Below are positions 1 to 10,446 of a stretch of DNA of 64,000 nt, piece after piece (positions within the stretch are counted from its first letter, which is position 1; each line of letters begins with the position of its first letter). The notes beneath the pieces were generated by a model. That model was not told the origin of the DNA. It ran no database searches and was given only the letters and a program-made list of their open reading frames with translations. This DNA is from an uncultured Candidatus Binatia bacterium (GTDB lineage: Bacteria; Desulfobacterota; Binatia; UBA9968; JAJDTQ01). The stretch is taken from positions 1,632,001 through 1,696,000 of the forward strand of contig OZ219754.1 of NCBI GenBank assembly GCA_964291295.2, in the 5' to 3' direction. Made by a program: the position numbers and the translations under genes.

Positions 1-910
1 CCTTGCCGGCGATGTCGTAGGCGGTGCCGTGGTCTGCCGAGGTCCTGATGAGCGGCAGGCCCAGGGTGAGATTGACGCCGTCGGTGAAGTGCAGCAGCTT
101 GAACGGCCCGAGCCCCTGATCGTGGTACATGCAGATGACGGCATCGAACTCCCCGGCCGCGGCGCGATAAAACAGGCTGTCCGCGGGAACGGGGCCGGAA
201 ACGTCCACTCCCTGCCGCCGGCAGTCGCGTACCGCGGGCCGGACCACTTGGCGTTCTTCTTGTCCGAACATGCCGTCCTCGCCGCCGTGCGGGTTCAGGG
301 CGGCCACCGCCAACCGCGGACGCGCCAGGCCGAAGCACTGTTGCAGCGAACCATGGGCGACCTCGATGGTGGCGCGGACCCGCTTGCGGGTCAGCGCCGC
401 GGTCACTTCCGCCAGCGGCAGATGCACCGTCGCCAGCACCACCTTGAGGCGCCGCCCGTAGAGCATCATGCGGACCTCCCGCGCGCCGGCAAGGTCCGCC
501 AGCAGCTCGGTGTGTCCGGGCCAGGCGTGGCCGGCGTCGTTCAGTGCCTTCTTGCGGATGGGTGCCGTCGCCAGGGCGTCGGCGGCGCCGGTGCGGACGA
601 GATCCACCGCCCGGAGGATGTAACGGTACGAAGCGTCGCCGCCGGCCCGGGTTGCGCGGCCGGGGCGCCTGGCCCCGGGCCGGAGGTGCGTGACGGATTC
701 CACCCGGACAGGAGCCGTGTCCACGGCCTGCGCGCAAGGTTCGAGGCGGGGCCAGCGGGGCGCGCGGCAGTGTTCAAGCGATGGCGCGTCACCGACGATC
801 ACCACGCGGCAGGCCCGCCGCACCGCGCCATCCCGGGCGGCCTTGACCACCACCTCGGGTCCGATGCCCGATGGATCGCCCATGGTTACGGCCACGACGG
901 GTCTGGACAT
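1..910 (-). CDS. pdxA: 4-hydroxythreonine-4-phosphate dehydrogenase (3' end runs off window)
   Basis: Not in ORF track. Manual minus-strand translation from ATG 910 gives MSRPVVAVTMGDPSGIGPEVVVKA and ends ...IRTSADHGTAYDIAGK, both PdxA signatures; follows surA as in the conserved surA-pdxA order. Confidence 0.93.
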   Translation of the reverse strand, partial: MSRPVVAVTMGDPSGIGPEVVVKAARDGAVRRACRVVIVGDAPSLEHCRAPRWPRLEPCAQAVDTAPVRVESVTHLRPGARRPGRATRAGGDASYRYILRAVDLVRTGAADALATAPIRKKALNDAGHAWPGHTELLADLAGAREVRMMLYGRRLKVVLATVHLPLAEVTAALTRKRVRATIEVAHGSLQQCFGLARPRLAVAALNPHGGEDGMFGQEERQVVRPAVRDCRRQGVDVSGPVPADSLFYRAAAGEFDAVICMYHDQGLGPFKLLHFTDGVNLTLGLPLIRTSADHGTAYDIAGK

Positions 911-939
911 GGCGATGGGTGGCGGGAACCGGCGGCCGG

Positions 940-2226
940 CTACTGCGCGGGTGCGTCGCCTTCGAAAGACTCGTCCAGGGGTACGTCATCGTCATCGCCG
1001 ACGTCGGTGGTGAACAGCGGTATCCCGAACAGCTTGACCCGCTTGCGGTCGCCCACCGCTCCCGACGTGTCGCGCAGGATCTCTTCGTCGTAGATGTAGG
1101 TCAACGGGTTGAGGTAGTGCAGGAAACTCTTGTCTTCCGGGTCTTCGGTGGCCGAGGCCATCAGGCTGCCGACCGTGCCGCGCTCGGCCTGCTGCGCCTC
1201 GAAGGCGTAGCCGTCCAGCTTGACCTCCACGCGGTGCTTCTTGCGCAGGTCGGTCTTCAGCCACTTGGCGAACCTTTCCTGGAGCGTCTTGCCGTAGAGT
1301 TCGTCCCGCACCTTTTCCCAGACCGTGTCGAACGCCAGCCGCTCCCCGCCTTGCCGGTCCTCCGCCCTGATCACGTGGTATCCCAGGCGGGAGCGGACCG
1401 GTTGGCTGAGCGCTCCCTTCTTCAGGGTGGCGGCGACCCGCGCGAGCGAATCGGGCAGGCTCCCGGGTCGGACCCAACCGATATCGCCGCCCTCGCTCGC
1501 TCCCGAGCCCTCGGACTCGGCGCGCGCCAATGCGGCGAAGTCGGCCCCCTCGACCACCTGCCGGCGCAACGCTTCGATGCGCGACCTGACGGACTGTTCC
1601 CGCTCGGAAGCGGCGCCCTCGTCCAGTGCCAGCATGAGGTGGCGGAGACGCACCTGGAGTTCGGTCCGATACAAATCCGGGTTGGCGTCGTAGTAGCGCC
1701 GCGCGTCCTGCCGGGTGACGTGAACCCTTTGCCTGACGTTGCGCTGGATCAGTTCGTCCTGTTCGATGCGGCGGCGCACCTCGTCGCGGTACTGGGCGGA
1801 GGTCTTGCCGTCCCTCCTCAACAGCGCGTCGAACTCCGCGGGGGTCAGATCGTTCCGTTCCCTGACGGAGCGGATGTGCTTGTCGATGTCCGCGTCACGC
1901 ACGCGGATGCCGCCGTTCCGGACTTCGGTCCGGATGAGTTCATGGGTGATGAACTCCTCCACCCACTGCTCGGGCACCTGTCCCGCGGTCAACGCATCGA
2001 TCTGGACGTCCTGGTTCAGCCGGGTTCGGGCGAACTCCCGGAGGTCCGAGAAGGTGTGCGGATCGCCGTTGACCACCACGACGATCTTCTCCACCACACT
2101 TCCGGGAGACGGTCCGGGGAAGCCCGCCAGCAGGGCGGCCAAGGTCAGCAGGGCGGCCAAGGCCGGGACGGCGGCCGCGGACAGGCCGCGCCGCACGCCG
2201 AGAGTGGATATCGCAAACCGCTTCAT
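940..2226 (-). CDS. surA: SurA-like periplasmic chaperone / parvulin peptidyl-prolyl isomerase
   Basis: Signal-like N-terminus, VEKIVVVVNGD SurA_N start, parvulin motifs HLML..DFAALARAESE..GGDIGW..GYHVI; lies between mfd and pdxA. Start chosen at ATG 2226. Confidence 0.85.
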   Translation of the reverse strand: MKRFAISTLGVRRGLSAAAVPALAALLTLAALLAGFPGPSPGSVVEKIVVVVNGDPHTFSDLREFARTRLNQDVQIDALTAGQVPEQWVEEFITHELIRTEVRNGGIRVRDADIDKHIRSVRERNDLTPAEFDALLRRDGKTSAQYRDEVRRRIEQDELIQRNVRQRVHVTRQDARRYYDANPDLYRTELQVRLRHLMLALDEGAASEREQSVRSRIEALRRQVVEGADFAALARAESEGSGASEGGDIGWVRPGSLPDSLARVAATLKKGALSQPVRSRLGYHVIRAEDRQGGERLAFDTVWEKVRDELYGKTLQERFAKWLKTDLRKKHRVEVKLDGYAFEAQQAERGTVGSLMASATEDPEDKSFLHYLNPLTYIYDEEILRDTSGAVGDRKRVKLFGIPLFTTDVGDDDDVPLDESFEGDAPAQ

Positions 2227-2259
2227 GGGACGTTCCTTTGTTGGAACCACAATACCTTC

Positions 2260-5200
2260 CTAGCAGAGCGCGTGCAATAATTCGCAAGCCTCGTCGATCA
2301 GCGCGGGCCAAGCGGTATGGTCCGGGCTGAAGGACAGGTGTCCTTCCGGCGAGAACCGAAAACGCCGGTGATCTTCCTTCGCAAGAGCGAGCAGCCGCTC
2401 CACGTTGAGCGTGGAGGTGGCGTGGAAGGTCAGCGACAGGCGCCCGCCCTGGTAGATGATCCGGGTTCCCAGCGAGCGGATGAGGGCGCGCCGGAGTTCC
2501 ATGACCCTGAAGAGATTCTCCACCACCTCCGGGTGGTTCCCGTATCGGTCACGCAGCTCGTCCCGGATCTCCGTCAGTTGCTCCGGCGTCTCCAGGTTGG
2601 CCAGGCGCTTGTAGAACAGCAGCCGCTGATTGGCGCTGGGAATGTAATCGTCCGGCAGGTAGGCGGGGATGCCCAGGCGGATCTCCGGCTCGACGCGAAC
2701 CCGGTGCGCTTCCCCCTTGAGCTCGCGAAGGGTCTCTTCCATCATCTGGGTGTAGAGTTCGAAGCCTACCGCCGCGATCTGGCCCGATTGCTCGCGCCCC
2801 AGCAGATTGCCGGCGCCGCGGATCTCCAGGTCGTGCAGCGCAAGCTTGAAACCGCTCCCCAGTTCGTCCAGCTCCTGCAGCGCCCGCAGCCGTTTCTCGG
2901 CGTCCTTGGTCACGGTGCCGCTCTCGGGCAGCAGCAGGTAGGCGTAGGCGCGCCGTGACGAGCGCCCCACCCGGCCCCGCAGCTGGTAGAGTTGGGCGAG
3001 ACCGAACCGGTCGGCGCGGTTGATGAGGATGGTGTTGGCGTTGGGATAGTCCAGGCCGGACTCGATGATGGCGGAGCACACCAGGACCTGGGCCTCGTTC
3101 TCCTGGAACCGGGCCATGTTCTTCTTGATCTCGCCGGGGGTCATCTGTCCGTGGGCCACGGTGACCCGGGCCTCGGGCACCAGGTCCATGATCTTCCGGC
3201 CCATGCGCTGGATGTTCTCCACCCGGTTGTGCAGGAAGAATACCTGCCCGTCGCGGTGGAGTTCCCGCAGGATGGCGTCGCGGATCACGCCTTCGTCGTA
3301 ACGCGTGACATAGGTCCGGACGGCCAGCCTGTTGGGCGGCGGCGTCTCGATGACGCTCAGGTCGCGGATGCCCGACAGCGACATGTGCAGGGTTCGCGGA
3401 ATGGGCGTGGCGGTGAGGCTCATGACGTCCACGGTGTGGCGAAGCTTCTTGAGCTTCTCCTTGTGGCCCACGCCGAAGCGGTGCTCCTCGTCCACCACCA
3501 CCAGTCCCAGATCCTTGAAATTCACGTCGCTCTGCAGCAGCCGGTGCGTGCCGATGACGATGTCGATGAGCCCGCCGGCCAGGTCCTTGAGCGACTGTTG
3601 CACGGTCTTGCCGGTGACGAAGCGGCTCAGGCTCTCCACCCGCACCGGATAGGGTTCGAAGCGGGCGCGGAAGGTCTCCAGGTGCTGCTGCGCCAGGATG
3701 GTGGTGGGGGCAAGCACGGCCACCTGCCGGCCGTCCATCACCGCCATGAAAGCCGCGCGCATGGCCACCTCGGTCTTGCCGTAACCCACGTCGCCGCAGA
3801 TGAGCCGATCCATGGGCTTGCTACGGGTCAGGTCCTGGAGGGTCTCGGTGATGGCCTGCTCCTGGTCGGGCGTCTCGTCGTACTCGAATGCGGCCTCGAA
3901 CTCCCGGTACGCCTGATCCGGGGGCGGGAAACCGTGGCCCTGGTGCAACTCCCGCGAGGCATGGACCCGCAGCAGCTCCTTGGCCATGGCCACGATGGAC
4001 TTGCGCGTCCGGTCCTTGAGCTTGAGCCAGGAGGTGCCGCCCAGCCGGTCCAGGACCGGGGCGGCGCCGTCCGCGCCGATGAACTTCTGCACCAGGTTGA
4101 TGCGGTCGATGGGCAGATAGAAGCGGTCGCCTCCCTGGTACTCCAGGTGCAGGAACTCGCCTTCGGTGTCCGCCACCTTGAGGTACTTGAGCCCGCGATA
4201 GATGCCGATGCCCTGGTCCAGGTGCACCACCACATCGTCCTGCCGGAGCTCGCTCAGGCTGGTGATGAAGTGGCCCGGCGCCTCCCGCCTTCGGACCGCG
4301 CGGTCGCGCTTGCGGCGGCCCCACAGCTCTTCGAGGGTAATGAGGATCAGCCCCTCGTCGGGGAGCCGCACTCCCTGTGTCAGGGCGCCCAGCAGGATCG
4401 CGGGGCCGTTGGCGGGGTTGCCCATGACTTCATGGAAGGGTTGCGCCGACAGCGGCAGCTCCACGTCGTAGTAGGCCAACAGTTGTTGCAGCCGTTGCGC
4501 GTCGGCGGGATGGCCGCCCACGAACAGCACCCGCTGGCCGCGCCACCGTTTCAGGTGTTCCACCAGGGGTGCCAGGGAGCGTTCCGACCCCTGCTGCGTG
4601 GTGAGGGCGCTGTGCAGGTCGGCGTTGCCATGGGAGCGCACCGAAAGCGCCGACGAGGATCCCTCCGGGGGCGCGAGGACATCCAGGCTCTCGCCGTGGA
4701 TCTGCCGGAAGGCCGCGGCCTCGCCGCGCCAGCTGTCCGGGTCGAGATACACGGCTCCGGCGTGGGGATGGAACCGCCCCTCCGCCGCGGCCTTGGAAGC
4801 CCGTTGGGTCACGAGCGCGTCGAACTTCTCGAACTCTTCTTCCAGCCGGGTGGGCTGATCGTACCAGAGGATGGCGTTGCGCGGGAGGTGGGCGAGGATC
4901 GACGGCAACGGCCGCTCGTGAAAACAGGGCGCCAGGAATTCCATACCCGCGAAGCGCACGCCTTCGCGCACCGCCTCCAGCAACGCGCGCTTGTCCTTGC
5001 GGGCGAAACCCAGTTCGTCCGCACGCTCCTCGATGCGGATGAGGGTGTCCTGCGGGGTCTGCGGTCCGGAGGCGAACTCCCGGATGGGCAGAAGCCACAG
5101 CTCTCCGGGACGCGCCCGGGTGCGTTGCGTCCGGGCGTCGAACTGGCGTATGGAATCGATGCGGTCGCCGGCGAACTCCATTCGGAAGGGCCGCTCGCAG

Positions 5201-5760
5201 GCCGGCGGAAACAGGTCCACGATGCCGCCGCGCACGCTGAAGTCGCCCCGTTCCTCCACCAGAGGGGCGCGCGCGAAGCCCAGACGGGAGAGTTGCCCCA
5301 GCAACTGGTCCCGCTCCACTTCCTGGCCTTCGACAAAGTGCGCGGCGTGCAGGCTGCCTTGGGGCACCACGCGCTGCAGCACCGCGGCCGGGGTGGTGAC
5401 CAGGATCGGCGCGGACTGCCGGGCGAGCCGGTGGAGGCCCTCCATCCGGGCGGCCATCTGATCGGGGTGAGGCGACAGGCTCTCGAACGGCAGCACGTCC
5501 CAGCCCGGAAACAGCTGGAGCCGCCGTTCGAGGGGAGCGGAGCCGCCCTCTTCACCCAGGAAGAACGAAAGGTCGAGGAAAAGCCGTTCGGCCTCCTTCA
5601 CGGCAGGCGCCAGCAACACCAGCGGGCAGCGGATACGCCGGGCCGCCAGAAAGACGGCATAGGCCTGGGCGCTGCCGTGGAGGCCGGAGATCCGCTTTTC
5701 GCTGCACCACTCGTCGTTCAGCAGTTGCGAGATCTTGTCGTCGAGGGAAGGGGATGTCAC
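2260..5760 (-). CDS. mfd: Transcription-repair coupling factor
   Basis: RGGIVDLFP, CarD-like VVHLDQGIG, GDVGYGKT, DEEHRFG, QLRGRVGRS, C-terminal TRCF domain; GTG start at 5760 has GAGGT upstream. Confidence 0.96.
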   Translation of the reverse strand: MTSPSLDDKISQLLNDEWCSEKRISGLHGSAQAYAVFLAARRIRCPLVLLAPAVKEAERLFLDLSFFLGEEGGSAPLERRLQLFPGWDVLPFESLSPHPDQMAARMEGLHRLARQSAPILVTTPAAVLQRVVPQGSLHAAHFVEGQEVERDQLLGQLSRLGFARAPLVEERGDFSVRGGIVDLFPPACERPFRMEFAGDRIDSIRQFDARTQRTRARPGELWLLPIREFASGPQTPQDTLIRIEERADELGFARKDKRALLEAVREGVRFAGMEFLAPCFHERPLPSILAHLPRNAILWYDQPTRLEEEFEKFDALVTQRASKAAAEGRFHPHAGAVYLDPDSWRGEAAAFRQIHGESLDVLAPPEGSSSALSVRSHGNADLHSALTTQQGSERSLAPLVEHLKRWRGQRVLFVGGHPADAQRLQQLLAYYDVELPLSAQPFHEVMGNPANGPAILLGALTQGVRLPDEGLILITLEELWGRRKRDRAVRRREAPGHFITSLSELRQDDVVVHLDQGIGIYRGLKYLKVADTEGEFLHLEYQGGDRFYLPIDRINLVQKFIGADGAAPVLDRLGGTSWLKLKDRTRKSIVAMAKELLRVHASRELHQGHGFPPPDQAYREFEAAFEYDETPDQEQAITETLQDLTRSKPMDRLICGDVGYGKTEVAMRAAFMAVMDGRQVAVLAPTTILAQQHLETFRARFEPYPVRVESLSRFVTGKTVQQSLKDLAGGLIDIVIGTHRLLQSDVNFKDLGLVVVDEEHRFGVGHKEKLKKLRHTVDVMSLTATPIPRTLHMSLSGIRDLSVIETPPPNRLAVRTYVTRYDEGVIRDAILRELHRDGQVFFLHNRVENIQRMGRKIMDLVPEARVTVAHGQMTPGEIKKNMARFQENEAQVLVCSAIIESGLDYPNANTILINRADRFGLAQLYQLRGRVGRSSRRAYAYLLLPESGTVTKDAEKRLRALQELDELGSGFKLALHDLEIRGAGNLLGREQSGQIAAVGFELYTQMMEETLRELKGEAHRVRVEPEIRLGIPAYLPDDYIPSANQRLLFYKRLANLETPEQLTEIRDELRDRYGNHPEVVENLFRVMELRRALIRSLGTRIIYQGGRLSLTFHATSTLNVERLLALAKEDHRRFRFSPEGHLSFSPDHTAWPALIDEACELLHALC

Positions 5761-5990
5761 CAGGCCGGTTACCTCACGAGGAACGGTGAACCAGTGTAGC
5801 GGAAGGACGGCGGCAGCCGCAACGGAACCCCGGTGGATCCGGTGCATTCGGCGTGTTCGGGGCCGTGCGGGGCGAGCCGGGCGTCCTGCATGACTTCCGG
5901 CTCCTGGATTTCCGGTTCCTGGACTTCCCCGACACGGGTAGGTTACAGTGGCATTCTCCCGACACCCACACGGAAGAGGATCCACCCATC

Positions 5991-7670
5991 ATGGCGAAGA
6001 GGAGCCCGAGAAGCGCAAGGACGGTGCAGGCAGTGCCCGAAAGGGGCTATCCGGACCTCCATGAACATCTCCGCCGCCTGGACGACGCCGGCCTGCTGAT
6101 CCGGGTGGCGCGCCCGGTGGACAAGGACCAGGAGATGCATCCGCTGGTGCGCTGGCAGTTCCGCGGCGGGATCAGGGAGCGGGACCGCAAGGCGTTCCTC
6201 TTCGAGCAGCCGGTGGATGCAAAGGGGAAGCGCTACGACATCCCGGTGGCCGTCGGCGTGCTGGCCGCCAATCGACGGATCTATCGCATCGGCCTGGGGT
6301 GTGACGAGGACACGGACATCAATGCCCTGTGGAGCGAGGCCAGGGCGAATCCGCGGGAGCCGGTGGAGGTTCCGTCGTCGGCCGCGCCGGTGCACGAGGT
6401 GATCCTGTCGGGGGCGCAGCTCAAGGGCCGGGGCAAGGGCATGGACGGCATCCCGGTTCCCATCTCCACACCCGGCTGGGACAACGCGCCGTACGTGAGC
6501 GCGGCCCATTTCATCTCGCGCGACCCCGATCATGGCGGGCACAACATCGGCACCTATCGGGCCATGATCAAGGCCCGCGACCGGCTTGGTTGCAATCCGT
6601 CCATCGAGCTCGGGCAGGGCATCTATCGGCACTGGCTCAAATACCGGGAACGGGGCGAAAAGATGCCGGTGGCGCTGTGTATCGGCGGCGTGCCCGCCAT
6701 CTCCTACGTGGCGGCGCAGAAGCTTGCCTACGACCTCGACGAGTTCTCCGTGGCGGGAGGTCTGGTCAAGGCCCCCATCCGCGTCACCGAGGCCCGCACC
6801 GTGCCGGTGCGGGTGCCGGCGGACGCGGAGATCATCGTCGAGGGCTTCGTCAACACCGAGTGGCTGGAGCCCGAGGCACCCTTCGGCGAGTCCCACGGCC
6901 ACGTGAACCCAAAGGAGTACAATCCGTTCATGGAGGTCACCTGCATCACCCGGCGGCGTGACGCCATCCTCTGCTCCATCATCAGCCAAGTGACGCCGTC
7001 CGAGTCGAGCGTCATCAAGAAGATGGCGTACGAACCCCTCTACCTCGAACATCTGCGGGACGGCATCGGGGTGAAGAGCGTCCTTCGGGTGATGCTCCAC
7101 GAGCCCTTGACCGCCACCCAGAAGCTCACGGTGATACAGATGCGCCAGCCCGGTGCCGCGGAGGTGTGGCGCGCGCTCATGGGCGCGGTTGCGTTCCGTC
7201 CCTCCATGTCGAAGATCGTCATCGCGGTGGACGAGGACATCGATCCCGATAACCTCGACGCCGTGTTCTGGGCCATGGGCTACCGCTCCAGGCCGCACCG
7301 CGACGTCCAGATCATGCACGGCATGGACGTGGGCCACGCCCCCCGGCACGATACGCGCGGCTCCGCCGATGACTCGTGCCTGCTCTGGGACGCCACCCTC
7401 AAGGAGAAGCTGCCGCCCATCTCGCTGCCCACTCGGGAGTACATGGAGCGGGGCCGGAAACTCTGGGAGGAGCTGGGGCTGCCGGAACTGGAGCCCCAGT
7501 CGCCGTGGTTCGGTTACTCCCTGGGGGACTGGAACCCGGAACTGGAGCGGGAGGCGGCCTTGGCCACCCGCGGGGAGTACTGGAAGACCGGCGCGAAGAT
7601 CGCCCGCCAGCGCCGCTCCACGAAGGACCTCCTGCCCAACGAGTCATTCTACGGCGACGATGACGCGTAA
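5991..7670 (+). CDS. UbiD-family (prFMN-dependent) decarboxylase
   Basis: DLHEHLRRLDDAGLL start, NIGTYR, AEIIVEG, EAPFGESHGH, IAVDEDIDP motifs. Confidence 0.88.
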   Translation: MAKRSPRSARTVQAVPERGYPDLHEHLRRLDDAGLLIRVARPVDKDQEMHPLVRWQFRGGIRERDRKAFLFEQPVDAKGKRYDIPVAVGVLAANRRIYRIGLGCDEDTDINALWSEARANPREPVEVPSSAAPVHEVILSGAQLKGRGKGMDGIPVPISTPGWDNAPYVSAAHFISRDPDHGGHNIGTYRAMIKARDRLGCNPSIELGQGIYRHWLKYRERGEKMPVALCIGGVPAISYVAAQKLAYDLDEFSVAGGLVKAPIRVTEARTVPVRVPADAEIIVEGFVNTEWLEPEAPFGESHGHVNPKEYNPFMEVTCITRRRDAILCSIISQVTPSESSVIKKMAYEPLYLEHLRDGIGVKSVLRVMLHEPLTATQKLTVIQMRQPGAAEVWRALMGAVAFRPSMSKIVIAVDEDIDPDNLDAVFWAMGYRSRPHRDVQIMHGMDVGHAPRHDTRGSADDSCLLWDATLKEKLPPISLPTREYMERGRKLWEELGLPELEPQSPWFGYSLGDWNPELEREAALATRGEYWKTGAKIARQRRSTKDLLPNESFYGDDDA

Positions 7671-7769
7671 CAGGCCGGCGCAGCCCCGCCCGGTGCGTTC
7701 CCGCGTGGTCTGGGCGCGGCTTGCACGCGAGGGCCACGTTCGGGACAAGTGCCGAAAGGACCGTTGTCG

Positions 7770-8678
7770 ATGGACTACAAGACGCTCAAGTGGACCGTGC
7801 GCGACAACCCGTCGAGGCCGGGCGAGCCCTGCATCGGGGTCATCGCGCTGAGTCGTCCGGCGCAGCTCAACGCGGTGGATCCGCTGATGCGGCTGGAACT
7901 GGACGCCCTGTGCAACGAGATTGCGCGCAACTCCATCCTCAAGGTGGTGATCCTCACCGGCGAGGGGCGCGGCTTCTGCGCCGGCGGCGACCTCACGTCC
8001 GAGGGCGCCGTGCTGGGGGCGTTCGAGGGTTCCAGCGGCATCGAAGGCCCGTACAAGGAGCTGGCCGAGCATTTCCTGAACGATCTCCGGCACCGGGTGC
8101 TCCAGAGCGCCATGCGCAAGCTTGAGGACCTGCCGCAGCCCACCATCGCCGCGGTGAACGGCCCGGCCGTGGGTGTGGGGCTGGAAATGACCACGCTGTG
8201 CGACATGCGCATTGCCTCGGACCGGGCGCGCTTCGGCGAGGTGGCGGTGCCCGCGGGCTTTGTTCCGGAAAGTGGCGGCTCGCGCAATCTGCCCAAGCTC
8301 GTGGGCATCGGGCGGGCCATGCGCCTGATCCTCACGGGCGACATCATTGATGCGCCGGAGGCTCTGCGTATCGGCCTGGTGGACGAGGTGGTGCCGCACG
8401 ACGAACTGATGGGCGAGGTCTTTGCCCTGGCCGGCAGGATCGCGGCCAACCCGTATCTTTCGGTGCGGCAGGCCAAGCGCCTGGTCAAGATGTACTGGAA
8501 CTGGAACCGGACCGACGAAGGTTACCGCGAGGAGCTGGAGTCGGTGCTCGAGATCACCCGCACCAAGGATTGTCAGGAAGGCATGCGGGCGTTCAGGGAA
8601 AAGCGCCCACCCCGCTACACGTATCCTCATGACGCCGGTTGGCCGTTTCCCGAGAAGGGCGGAGGCGGGAAGGGGTGA
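7770..8678 (+). CDS. Enoyl-CoA hydratase/isomerase (crotonase) family protein
   Basis: FCAGGDL, IAAVNGPAVGVG, CDMRIASDRARFG, EGMRAFREKRPP. Confidence 0.9.
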   Translation: MDYKTLKWTVRDNPSRPGEPCIGVIALSRPAQLNAVDPLMRLELDALCNEIARNSILKVVILTGEGRGFCAGGDLTSEGAVLGAFEGSSGIEGPYKELAEHFLNDLRHRVLQSAMRKLEDLPQPTIAAVNGPAVGVGLEMTTLCDMRIASDRARFGEVAVPAGFVPESGGSRNLPKLVGIGRAMRLILTGDIIDAPEALRIGLVDEVVPHDELMGEVFALAGRIAANPYLSVRQAKRLVKMYWNWNRTDEGYREELESVLEITRTKDCQEGMRAFREKRPPRYTYPHDAGWPFPEKGGGGKG

Positions 8679-10321
8679 GCGACCCGGTGCCGGCCTCCCG
8701 AGGGCAACACTCCGGCGGCAGCGGAGACCCGGGGGCTGTGACGGCAATGGCTGCAGGTTCGATCCCGTGGCCGGGCTACCGGAAGATCCCTGCCAGACTC
8801 AACCTCGCGGACGAAGTGCTTGAGCGGCCGGGGGCGGCGGACCCTGCGGCGATGGTGTGGAACCGCGGCTCCCTGACCCGCCGGGAACTTCGCGGCAAGG
8901 TGCACGCCTTCGCCAGGGGCCTGCGGGAACTGGGAGTGTTGCCGGGAGAACCGCTGGTGGTGCAGATGGCCAACTCGCCGGAGTTCGCCACCGCGTTTCT
9001 GGCGGCCGTCAAGATGGGAGTGCTGCCGGTGATGGTCAACTCGCTCCTGGGCGTGCGGGAAGTCCAGGCCATCCTGGCGCAGACGCAGCCCCGTTTCGCA
9101 GTCACCGAAGGCTCCCGCGCCCAGGCCCTGCGCCAGCTGCGCGGCTCCATGGGGCTGCGGAACCTGGTTTGCGCGGGCGAGGCCCGCGGCGACGAGATTC
9201 CGTTCGACGCCCTTCAGGGGAAGTCGCCGGAAGACGTCCGCACGCGCGACACCTCGGCCCACGAGCCGGCGTTCATGGTATGTACCTCCGGCACCACCGG
9301 CCGCCCCAAGTGCATCGTCCACGCGCACCGGTGGATCGTCGCCCTGGGGGACCTGAACCGCTACCGGCTGCCGCCGGAGCCGGGCGACGTGGTGATGGCC
9401 ACCGGCGAGTGGAGCTTCATCAGCGCGCTGGGCCACAACCTGCTCTTCCCGCTGCGGAACGGGGTCACGTGCGCCGTGCTGTCGGGCCGCGCGACCCCCG
9501 AGAACGTGCTGGAGCACGTCGCGTCTCTGGGCGTCACGCTGCTCCATTCCGTGGCAACGGTCTACCGCCGGATGCTCGCCGCCGAGGGCATGGAGGATCG
9601 CTACGCCATCCACACCCTCAGGGGCGCGCACTCCACCGGCGAGGCGCTGCGCGAGACCATCTGCCGCCAGTGGAAGGCGCGCTTCGGCTGCGAGATGTAC
9701 GAGCACTACGGAGTGTCCGAGTATCAGCTCGTGGTCGGTCACGGCGTCCGGCATCCGGTAAAGCCGGGCTCGGTGGGGGTGCCGGCCCCGGGCGTGGGCA
9801 TCGACATCGTGGACGACGACGGCCGCCCGGTGGGGGCGGGCGTGGTCGGCCGCACGGTGATCTCGGTTCGGGATCCGGGTCTCTTTCTCGAATACCACGC
9901 CGACCCTCGTCGCACCGAGGAGGCCCGCCGGGGTGGCGTTTACGACACCGGCGACTTGGCGTACCGGGACGAGGAAGGCTACTTGTTCATCGCCGGGCGC
10001 AGCGACGACTGCTTCAAGACCCGCGGGCTCTTTCTGGTGCCCGCGGAAGTGGAGAACGCGCTCCAGCGTCATCCCGCGGTGGCCGAGGCCGTGGTGGTGC
10101 CGGAGCCCGATGCGGAGATCGGCAACCGCGTCTTCGGGATGGTGGTGCCGGCGGCGGGCAGCAAACCGTCGGAGGAGCTGTCAGAGACGCTGCGCCGGAG
10201 CCTCCGGCAGGAACTGGCGCACTACAAGGTTCCCTACCGGATCGAGTTCGCCGAAACGATTCCCAAGAGCCCGGTGGGCAAGATACTGCGGAACGAGGTA
10301 TCCGCGCGCAAAAGGATGTGA
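8675..10321 (+). CDS. Acyl/aryl-CoA ligase (benzoate-CoA-ligase-like ANL enzyme)
   Basis: TSGTTGRPK, YGVSE, TGD, GRSDD, PKSPVGKILR; GTGA overlap with upstream stop. Confidence 0.88.
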   Translation: MSDPVPASRGQHSGGSGDPGAVTAMAAGSIPWPGYRKIPARLNLADEVLERPGAADPAAMVWNRGSLTRRELRGKVHAFARGLRELGVLPGEPLVVQMANSPEFATAFLAAVKMGVLPVMVNSLLGVREVQAILAQTQPRFAVTEGSRAQALRQLRGSMGLRNLVCAGEARGDEIPFDALQGKSPEDVRTRDTSAHEPAFMVCTSGTTGRPKCIVHAHRWIVALGDLNRYRLPPEPGDVVMATGEWSFISALGHNLLFPLRNGVTCAVLSGRATPENVLEHVASLGVTLLHSVATVYRRMLAAEGMEDRYAIHTLRGAHSTGEALRETICRQWKARFGCEMYEHYGVSEYQLVVGHGVRHPVKPGSVGVPAPGVGIDIVDDDGRPVGAGVVGRTVISVRDPGLFLEYHADPRRTEEARRGGVYDTGDLAYRDEEGYLFIAGRSDDCFKTRGLFLVPAEVENALQRHPAVAEAVVVPEPDAEIGNRVFGMVVPAAGSKPSEELSETLRRSLRQELAHYKVPYRIEFAETIPKSPVGKILRNEVSARKRM

Positions 10322-10446
10322 CCGCGTGGATGTGATTGCTGTGCAAACGGGCGGAGAGGTGACTGCGACGCAGCCGGGCGCGAACCGGCCGGGACAAGCG
10401 GCGGAGACTCTGTGAAAGGCCGTTCACGGCATGGGAGGTTGACGAT

